Shown piece after piece: positions 11,166 through 20,000 of a stretch of DNA of 20,000 nt. Below the pieces are notes generated by a model, which was not told the DNA's origin, made no database searches, and worked only from the letters and a program-made list of their open reading frames with translations. A program made the translations under genes and the position numbers. The DNA is from Trichinella spiralis (lineage: Eukaryota). The number at the start of each line of letters is the position of its first letter. The first letter of the stretch is position 1. The stretch covers positions 3,629,599 to 3,649,598 of the forward strand of contig NW_003526944.1 of the NCBI RefSeq assembly GCF_000181795.1, given 5' to 3'.

Positions 11166-12004
11166 TCAAATGACGACGCCCGAAGATTTGAAGTGAAGAT
11201 TGCGTGTAAACTTCAGCATGCAATCGTCGTCGAATGACATACAGCTGAAAAAATATTCAATAAAGAAAATCAATTGCAGGTGCAAATAGATGGGGGGGGG
11301 TGATGGATGTTTGAATTGTTTGATGGAAAATTCCACTTTTACCTTTTGCAAGAACAGCTAATTGCTTCGTCATAATGGTAAAGCTGCACTCCGGGGTCGA
11401 TATCAGCATCACAATTGCTCAGCAAAGTGACACGTCGCTCAAATTGTTCGTAATCACATTTGGAATATTTGAAAACAACCGACTCTGGAATTCTGTAATC
11501 TGAACTCTAAGGAAGTTAAGCTTTTTTTCAATTTGAAAGTTTAGTCAATTTTTCTAATCATCAGATGTATTAAATTTCAAAATTCGTTTAAACAAAGCAG
11601 AAAATTGTTCACTCTAACAATGATATGTAAATTAGATATCACTTTTGTTGGAATTGGATTTTTTTTCAGATCAGATCTGATCTGATCAAGTGATGATGAA
11701 GATTTTAAAACATTTAACTTTGTCCATGTTTGCTTGAATTCAGCTGGGAATAAAATACAATATCAGAGGGGTTTTAATTACAGAAATTTACCTCGTATGA
11801 TTCGCAGAGACCACGGCAAGCAACCGTGGCAATTTGCTGGTGACAACTTCTGCCTTGGTTATCGATAACCGACGCGTTGAAGATGTATGCCACAGGGGCA
11901 CATGGGATAACGTTCAACTGACGCTTGACTGTGATTTGGTGGCAACGGAGCAAGGGTAAAAATATGACGAAGTGCCAGTCGAAAAATTGATTTGCATGAA
12001 CCAT
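11166..12004 (-). CDS. GPB5: Glycoprotein hormone beta-5 (GPB5)-like cystine-knot protein, divergent copy A, 151 aa; exons 12004-11792, 11506-11343, 11244-11166
   Basis: Spliced protein MVHANQFFDWHFVIFLPLLRCHQITVKRQLNVIPCAPVAYIFNASVIDNQGRSCHQQIATVACRGLCESYE|SSDYRIPESVVFKYSKCDYEQFERRVTLLSNCDADIDPGVQLYHYDEAISCSCKS|CMSFDDDCMLKFTRNLHFKSSGVVI*. The 10 core Cys are spaced C-18-C-8-CxGxC-20-C-14-C-18-CxCxxC-6-C. Intron positions and phases (0 and 2) match copy B, and all junctions are GT-AG. Confidence 0.88.
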
Positions 12005-13080
12005 TGTTCTGGTACACTTCACTTTTTAGCTGTGCTGCATATTCAATTCACCACGACGGACCATTCCATTCATTAGCTAGCTAGTCACCGCTCATAGTTG
12101 ATTTGTTAATAATATATGCTCAGATATGTTTTGCTTCTAAATTAAATATTTGTCCATCGACATGGCAGATAAACTTTTCCACAGAGTATTTATTTAATGT
12201 ACGTTTTATTGCGTAAAAAGTTTTGATAACGTGCATGTGATTTGCAGAAAATTTTCAACTGTTGCATAGCATTTGATTTCTTTTCTGCAACGATATGTTC
12301 TTCTTCTTGTTGCTGTTATTGTGATTTTTCAATTTTGATCATTTAAGTGGAACTTTTCTTATAAATCAATCTTCTTTATTCAACTTAATGAAATGTGACA
12401 AACAATTATTATCGCGATGATAAGTGAAAAATTACAAACTGTGAATTTGCGCATCATTTACACTGGAGCAACAGTTTGAACACTTTATGGAATGAAAACA
12501 TTATTACTATTGTGTAATAAATAAGTACTGTAATTAAAATTTCCAAAGACAACTTATTAATATTGTAAATGATGTTTTTTTCTCATGATTTATGAATCTT
12601 TTTTCTTCTTCATCGAATGCATTCATTTTTCATTGTCGGTTGAATTTTTCCCTAATTACGTATAGACAGCATGCGAATATTCGTTTCACTAGATGTGATG
12701 AATTCAATTTGCATAGGCATCTATTTTAATTTTTGATCACGTACCACTTTTAACCGTTTTTCAAAAAAGTGTAAAGCATAATTTATGGAAAAAATAGGTT
12801 ACTTGGTGTTCTTTTTAATGAAAAATTTATCTATTTTTGCAATTTCTGTTATTACATCACCTCTTCTTCAAAAAAAGAAATTCAAGATTCACTCATTTCT
12901 GCTCTATTGGAATACTGTTTTAATTGAAAAATAATTACTTTTTTGTTGATTTTTTCATGTTTGTAAATAAATGTATTCAAATTTATTACTGATTATTATT
13001 TTTGGTTTCTTTTTCAGCGTATTAAGTTGGAGTGAATTTCAGAATTATTAATATGATAAAGTGTGCTACTGTGTTTCTGT

Positions 13081-13130
13081 ATTTACGCTATTTACGCGTA
13101 TTTACGCTGTATTTGTGTAGCCATTTACGC
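13081..13130 (+). repeat. Clustered ATTTACGC octamer (4 copies) upstream of the TSPO start codon
   Basis: ATTTACGC at 13081-13088, 13090-13097, 13100-13107 and 13123-13130. Confidence 0.8.
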
Positions 13131-13212
13131 TTTTTTAAATTTCTGTAAATAAATCCTGAGCATCATTATTTCTACTTTACTTGTCAAAAGCTTGAAAAGC
13201 ATCTTGCGCATC

Positions 13213-14373
13213 ATGCCGTTTATGAATATATCGGATTTTTCTAAACGTGAGTTGTGCTTTATGGTTTGTTCAAGTATTATACCGGCTTCGGCAAGCTGGT
13301 ATTATTGGAAATGTGTTTCACATCAACAGAATATTATTGACTTTTGGAATGTAAGTAGAAATGCTTTTTTATTCTAAGAAGTTGACACAAAGGCTGTTTA
13401 TTTGAATTATACAGTTTAACATAATGGTATGCATATTTTTTTTATTTTTACATTAATGAAAACTAATGCATGAAATGATGTTGGACTGGATTTTTTAAAT
13501 GTTTGTTGTTCTCTTATATATCCTTTATGTTTCATTTTTCAAGTATTCGTTGAAAATTCATGTTAGTTAGGCTATTTTGAGATGTAAAATATTTTGCACC
13601 AACGATGGTGACAATGGTAGTGGACTTTAAATGAGTTTATGTTGGAAAGAATTTGATAAAACGAATTGTTTTGTTGTTGAAGTTTATTGGAAATGTTTTG
13701 CTCTTATCAACTGTTGTTCTCTGGTAAACGTTTAGTTTTCAGTTTATGAGAATGCATATTCTATTTACAGTTGGTGTATTATTTTCATTTCCGTATCGTA
13801 TAATAATTTGTGTTGATTTTATTTAATAATGATTTCAGTAAATATTTTCTGTAATATTGTAGAATTTGGAAAAACCCAAATGGGATAGTCTATTGTCGAA
13901 TACAACAACAGCTCAAATAATTGACATCGTTGTTGGCATGCCACTTCCCGCATCGCATTATATGTTGTATAAATTTAGCGACGGTAATTTTTTTATAATT
14001 TTTTCTTTGAATTTCTGATTTTCATTCTTTTTTTCAGGATTTAAAACACCAATATCCAAATGTGCACTGGCATCAATGTTGATTTTTTACGCTACTTACG
14101 CCGCTTCAGCTCTTACAGTATGTTTTCAGAGACCTTATGTGTTAAATTTAGTAAGTTTTGTTTGTCACTTTCACAAACTTTTGTGTTCAATTGCAAACGG
14201 TTGTATCGTTTTAGTATAGGAAAATTGAAGCCATGCTTTGCTCGAGTGCGTCAACTGTAGCATGTTTTACGTTCCAAGTAAGCAAGTTGGCCGGACTGCT
14301 GATTTTGCCTTCGCTGTTCTGGTATACGTATAATGCGATATTCTTTTTGCAAACTCTGAAATTGAACAACTGA
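13213..14373 (+). CDS. TSPO: Translocator protein (TspO/MBR family, mitochondrial outer membrane), nematode-type, 176 aa; exons 13213-13350, 13863-13983, 14038-14150, 14215-14373
   Basis: Spliced protein MPFMNISDFSKRELCFMVCSSIIPASASWYYWKCVSHQQNIIDFWN|NLEKPKWDSLLSNTTTAQIIDIVVGMPLPASHYMLYKFSDG|FKTPISKCALASMLIFYATYAASALTVCFQRPYVLNL|YRKIEAMLCSSASTVACFTFQVSKLAGLLILPSLFWYTYNAIFFLQTLKLNN*. It has the TspO hallmarks (F/W)WxxLxKPxW, YxxYKxxxGF and QVSKLAGLLxLPxLxW...LN, about five hydrophobic segments and the typical ~170 aa size. All introns are GT-AG and frame-consistent. The exact start ATG and the third donor are less certain. Confidence 0.85.
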
Positions 14374-14605
14374 TATATGTTTGTTGCCGATGTTCTAGTC
14401 ACTTGAAAATATTGTTCATCATTTTTTAGCATAATTTGTTGTACTTGCTATATGTGTAGAGTAGTATAGTTTTTGTCTTGATTAAAATGTTTCTATTATT
14501 TGTACTGTGCTTTTTATTGGCGTGATTTCACTATTCTTTTTTGCTTTTCTTCCATATTCATTCACGTGAACTATTTTTTAATATTTTACAAAGCATCGTA
14601 CAGAT

Positions 14606-15985
14606 ATGTGGTTTTCGCTGTTGTTGCGAACAAATTGGAAAAATCTTCTGTCAGAAGCAGAAAAATTGATAACCCATTCAGGATCATATTCAAGTTTACA
14701 ATATTTGCTGAACAACGACGTCGCCAGTGTTACCCTCGGCGTGCGGAAATTGCTCGGCTCAAAGCATAAGCTGTTGAAAACGCTCAAGTGAGTAATATAA
14801 TATATGAGTGAAAAATGTATAATTGTATAATAATTTGTTTTGTTTTTAATTAAATAAAAAAAGTGAAAAAAATGAAATTTGATACGGCTTTTGTGAAGGT
14901 ATTTTCTCTACGACGGACACGAAGTGTTGAGAACACTGAGTGCGACAGTACTTCTCATATCGGACACGGTGAACAGTACGGTCGATTTGGCCGATTTGGA
15001 CGATGGTCATTGCAAGGGTCCACTGTTGAACAGGTAGTTTATTTTTTAATTAATATCACGATGATTAATTGAATGTTTTCCGTTCAGTCAGTGTAGTCTT
15101 GCGGAAATTTGTGAAATCATCTACGCGGCCAACTTCATTCACAGATCAATTGTGAATCGTATTATTACCACCAAGCAAGAGCAAGAACATGGAGACAGCC
15201 GCCAGCTTTTGGCTCTTGGCAACAGAATGGCCGTGCTTGGTGGTGATTATTTGCTCGCCAACGCCAGTTTAGCTTTGGCCAACATTGGAAATGCCAAAGT
15301 GATCGAGTATGTATCCAAGGCAATTTTGGACATGTCACTGGCAGAAATTCCCAACGACGACGACGATACAGGCGGCGACATTGCCGAAACATTTCACTTT
15401 GTCGATCCCCAACTTTGGGAACAGAAAGCTTACCTGAGTTATTATTTGCGTGGATTGTTTTTTCCTTTTTTTTAAAAATAAATTCTGTTTACTGATTTTA
15501 TATTATGCATTTTCTTTTTTTTGAGGTATCGCTAGTTTGTTGGCTCACTGTTGTTATTCAGCTGCTGAATTGGTAGATGCTGATGAAAATTTAAAATCCC
15601 TCTCGTTCCAGTTTGCAAAATACACAGCTCTGGCACTGACTGTATTGAAATTTGAATTTTCAATTTGATCGATCGATTTTATTGTTGTTTTTTTAAATGT
15701 ATTTCAGCTCAAGCTGAGCATTGCCAGTGGTCCATTTCAAGCTGTCGATTCAAATTCCATAGTAATTAATACTATTTTTAATGGTAAAACAATTATAATT
15801 CACCGATGATTGGTTTGTTTCACTTTCAGCCACTATTTCCGACATTAGTTGCCAGCGGTGCTGTAATGGATGATCTGATGCGCAGGTATAAAACCACCGC
15901 CTTGGCAGCTTTAAATCAACTTCCACAGTGTCACTCTTCCAGAAGTCTGGGAACGTTTGTCAGCAGTGTCAGTTTAGCTGTTTGA
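14606..15985 (+). CDS. PDSS2: All-trans-polyprenyl (decaprenyl) diphosphate synthase subunit 2 (PDSS2/Dlp1-like; ubiquinone side-chain synthesis), about 330 aa; exons 14606-14787, 14899-15033, 15088-15437, 15526-15641, 15708-15761, 15830-15985
   Basis: The translation contains PDSS2-type blocks WKNLLSEAEKLI..SLQYLLNNDVASVTLGVRKLLGSKHKLL, VLLIS, QCSLAEICEIIYAANFIHRSIVN, GNRMAVLGGDYLLANA, WEQKAYLSIASLLAHCCYSAAEL, FQFAKY and RYKTTALAALNQLP..SRSL. The first DDxxD motif is replaced by HRSIVN, as in the non-catalytic subunit. Exon phases are consistent to a TGA at 15983-15985. The intron 3 donor is ambiguous. Confidence 0.9.
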
Positions 15986-16052
15986 AAGGTGATGCAAAAA
16001 AATGCACTGTTCATCTATATAGTTTGACTTGATTTTTTCCTTTCCGTTTTTC

Positions 16053-16058
16053 AATAAA
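16053..16058 (+). terminator. Putative polyadenylation signal (AATAAA) of the PDSS2-like gene
   Basis: AATAAA about 70 nt after the stop codon, preceded by a pyrimidine-rich 3' UTR. Confidence 0.55.
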
Positions 16059-17155
16059 CTTGAATGCCTGAATGATCAGAGATTCGGCATATTTTGCATG
16101 CTGAAATGATTCATCCCAGATCATTGCTGACCGATGTTGTTGTTGTTTCAGATTTCCAAATACAATTCGAATTGTAATGTCATTTTTTAGAGATATTTTT
16201 TTGTTTTATTCTCCACTACTCATTGCACTGATTGCTAAAATATTTTCTACAGTGGTCTTTGTCAAAACTTTTTAAAACGGCTATTATTATTATTATTAAA
16301 TTATTAATCTATTCTTTTCAACTTCTAACAAGCTTTCTCGAGTGTGGGAGAGAGAGAGAGAATGAAGAAGCCTTTTATCAAAAACATAATTGAAATATAA
16401 ATTTTGAAATAGTCGGTCTGTATTGAAAAATAATATGTCTGAGAAATATTTGAACAGAAATTAAAAAAAATAATTCTTTTTGTTATCGATAAAAAAACTT
16501 TTGTTCTTTACTCTGCAAATGAATCGATAGCGAATAAACGAAAGCCATATCCTACAGGCTCGAGTTGAAACATCATTTCTTAGATGATTTTTTTTTCCAC
16601 GGCAAATTTTAAGTCGATAATTGAAGCTATTTTGATGTGCGAAATAAATTTGCAACTGAAAATGTGAAATGTAAGTTCAAAATAAGTTCACTTTTTCTGA
16701 ACAGAAGGCCTATCTATATCTTGTATCACCGGATAAATTGTTCCTGCCTATTCTTGCTTACACGCATACAGTCTTGCTAACAACCATTGAAACTAAAGCC
16801 ACTTAAGCATACGTACGTATAGCAGTGGAATAAAATTTGCATACATTATCGGGTAAAAAGGGGTTCCGAACCAAAGGCACTGCGATGCAGTACTTAAGCA
16901 AACAATAAAGCAAATATTAACAAAGGCACAACTAAGATCAAAGGCATTAATTAGTTAGTCAGTCGTAGATGTTAATTGTAAGTTTATTCAACTCACAAAA
17001 ATATCAGGAAATGATTAATTAAACTTTTTATTTATAATTTTTCAACAGAAAAATTTTAGCATTCAATTTTCGGAAAACATTTATTAAATTCATACCAATG
17101 CTACTTGCGCGTCATTAAAAGCTACAGTTTTGATTTGCTTTCAAGCTAGTCCTTT

Positions 17156-17179
17156 TAATAATAATAATAATAATAATAA
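17156..17179. repeat. (TAA)8 microsatellite
   Basis: Directly visible. Confidence 0.9.
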
Positions 17180-19597
17180 GGAAGTAGGAAAATAACACTA
17201 CAAAATAATAAACATATTTTTAAATTATTTAAAGCGTTTTATTTGATTATATTACAAAAACATATTTTATGTCATTTCTTGTCGACATTTGCCTAACCTG
17301 CAGTTCAGATTATGTTCAATTTTAAATAATTCAAACAGTTTAAAATAAGAGAAGGTGTGATGAAAAGGAATTTTTCTCAAATCAGTGCGTCATTGCACAG
17401 GATTTATTTAAATTTTTTTAGAACTGCACTGCGAATTAAGAGTCGAACAATAATAGACGTGCATTTGGAAAACGGTCCAGAATAATAAATAATTAAAGTC
17501 GTGGCTTGTTCCTAGCTATTCATTAGACTTTGAAAAGGCATTACTCTGTCAAAGTTCTTCGTTCTATTAAAGGTAATATGATGTGCTATTTGCGTAATTC
17601 ACTTGCTCTTAATCATGCAACATTTCAGAATGTTCTCTTCATGGTCAGTTAGCTATTCAGTAGATCCGTGTGATGATCATCAGACAAGCAACGCGTTCAA
17701 TTCTACTCTTTAATATCATCGATCATTTTAAAGTAGGATTTGTTTTTATAACTGAGCTAAGGTTCTGTGCAGGTATAGTATGTTTGCAGGACTTGAGCAA
17801 TATGTCTGTTGAAAACTAACACATTTATTTCAATTAATTAACTTTCAGATCAGCTCAGTCGATGCTTCGATAGGAAATTGAATATCATATTAATACATAT
17901 TTCATTTTGGTTGGTGAGAAATTTGCTCTTTAAATTGCAATTTAGCAATATTGGGATCTGTAAAAGTATTGTAAACAGCAACATTGTTTCAACTTTGTAA
18001 TCAAAACGAATCGTTTTGAATATATGGTATTTCTGAACCGTTGTTAGTTATTATTGAATGAAATTGCTTAAATAAAAATTTTCAAAATTATCAGAATTGC
18101 TTTAATGCATAAACAAAAGCAGCACCAATTTTACTGGAATTAGAAGTTTTTTTTGGTGAGAAAATTTCTGTTTGAAAATTAATAAAATTGTTTGCCATGC
18201 ACGCTTATCAAACTGTTTCAAACAGTTCCATCTCTATTATCTGAGTTCAAATAGCTTCTTTGTCATCCACGTGAATAATATGTGAACAAATGCGCCATCA
18301 GAAAGAGATGCTGCCGACAAAAATGTGGCTAATTTATTTGCATGATTGCGGGACATTCGAATTATTACGTTATGAATGTTTTGTTTTCCAGAAAAATAAC
18401 AAAATAACTTGGCAAGTAATTGTCGCGCATATTATCTATATCATCATCAGTTGTTGAAACTTATGTAAAGGTATTTTTAAACGTGTCTGAACGACTCAGC
18501 AGTAGCGACAACAGGTGGATACTCTATTTTTGAATGTATTTCATATAGATCACTTTTGGGGGAAAATCTTTTTATTATATGTTTGCTAATTTTCAATAAA
18601 ATAACCTTGCAATATTTCAGATCAATAGCATATTCAGCGTTCAGCTGCCACATGTGCTATTCAACAAAAGGAAGCAATTCAGCTTAAAACAAAATCACTA
18701 ACAATTTCATAAACAATTATACATAAACACTTATTTAAATCCTAATAACACGAAAGAAATGGAAAGGTATTTAGATTAATGTAGGTTAAGAAGTTTCTAA
18801 TAAGCATTCATGACTCAAAAGGGAATTGTTCTCCATTCTGCATATAATACTTTATTAAATTTCAAAGAAATCTTAATAACATTTAGCAAAGTTTACCATA
18901 ATGTCTCTATGCCATTACGATCTGACAAAACTTATCAAAAATGAATTTACATCACCAAAGGCAAGATTATGCTATTGTACTTTGAATATTATGACTACTT
19001 CCTTGAGCTTGACCTACTTTTCAAAATGTAATCTTCATAGTTATTCATAGTCTTCATTGTAATATGTGTAATGAACATCATTCAAGAACATTCAAGAAAT
19101 GAAGTCTCCTCTTCAATATCATCAATAGTTGAAAGGTAAGTCATTTTTACAACTGCACTAACGTTCTTTGTAGATATCACTACAGACAATATGTTAGTTG
19201 CAAATTAATGGATTTCAGTTTCGGTGACTAACCTACAGATCAGCTTCACCGTCTGGATGGAGAATATCTTTTATATAATCAACTATCCAAACTAATGAAA
19301 ATCTCGTTGCGCTACGTAGCAACTTAGTTAAAATCTCATTTTAGAAAATAGGATTTATGTAAGAAATATTACGTTGCAATAAATGTTTAATTAAAAATAT
19401 CGTAAATTTCATTGCAGACTAATTCTAAACCTTTATCATTGAATGCAGTAGGTCAAATAAAACGTTTGGAGTTCATGCAGCCTGTATTATATAAATAGAA
19501 ATCAAGTAAAAAATCCATGTTTTTCTGTTACTACAAATAGTGTCCTTATTGCGTAAACCATTGACAATGTTGAAGTACAATTTAATTAAAGACCCTT

Positions 19598-20000
19598 CTA
19601 TGCGACACTATCAAACATTTTATTTTTTTTGTCATTACAATTAGCATCCAAATTCGGTAGCTCGATGAGAGCGAAACCTCGAACCCGAATTGTATGAAAA
19701 TATGGTAATAAATTTTGCATTTCCATTGATTCTTTTATATAAGTTGCTTCAAAGATTTTCGTATAGAATTTTCGTATTCGAGAAATCAAAATTTCATGAA
19801 CTAAATACGCTTTGCTGTTTTGGGGACCGAAAAGCGTTGTTTCGCAGTATTTGAATTTTGCTTGCAACATCGATCCATATGGAGAGATTAAATTGTTTTG
19901 ATAAGTTACATGGAAAACAACCGCGATTTTGTGGGATAAATGACTTTTAGAGTTGGCAAATTGATATGCTAATATACTGGGAATTCGCCGATGCAAAAGG
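19598..20000 (-). other. Unassigned open reading frame (>=132 codons) entering from the right edge; possibly part of a divergent or decayed trypsin-fold gene
   Basis: Longest ORF in the track despite AT-rich context. The resemblance to a serine-protease layout (…YGSMLQ…; …PYF…GFALIELP) is faint and judged by eye only; no catalytic motifs are present. Confidence 0.25.

Noticed and set aside
9785..12004. Reading the two cystine-knot genes as a GPA2/GPB5 or bursicon alpha/beta pair
   Set aside because: Both have the beta-type 10-Cys spacing with terminal CxCxxC-6-C and lack the adjacent CC found in GPA2 and bursicon subunits.
15338..15370. Acidic NDDDDT stretch in PDSS2 as a DDxxD catalytic motif
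   Set aside because: It lies in a variable loop, not at either of the two conserved motif positions.
17420..17900. Plus-strand series of splice-like signals (TTTTAG, GTAATA, TTTCAG) and a GTGATGA...CTGA box C/D-like pair
   Set aside because: The putative exons have stops in all frames. I saw no terminal stem or rRNA-complementary guide, so neither a gene nor a snoRNA is supported.
1..20000. Prokaryotic systems (CRISPR arrays, IS elements, rRNA/tRNA)
   Set aside because: The sequence is intron-containing eukaryotic DNA; I saw no repeat-spacer array, transposase or structural RNA signature.

Overview
AT-rich, intron-containing eukaryotic DNA with short GT-AG introns and TTTCAG/TTTTAG acceptors. 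This, plus a nematode-type TSPO, suggests a nematode, probably clade I such as Trichinella (inference). I spliced five genes by hand. (1) The first two coding exons of a RhoU/RhoV (Wrch/Chp) GTPase on the minus strand; the gene runs off the left edge. (2, 3) A head-to-tail pair of glycoprotein hormone beta-5 (GPB5, thyrostimulin beta)-like cystine-knot genes on the minus strand, with identical exon-intron structure and no GPA2 partner seen in the window. (4) A TSPO/MBR translocator protein gene on the plus strand. (5) A PDSS2/Dlp1-like non-catalytic polyprenyl diphosphate synthase subunit starting 232 bp after the TSPO stop, a candidate operon. The most interesting signal is the duplicated GPB5 pair: the loop equivalent to the vertebrate LH/FSH/TSH receptor-specificity 'determinant loop' is acidic in one copy and basic in the other. 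The right end has an unassigned ORF that may be a decayed trypsin-fold gene.
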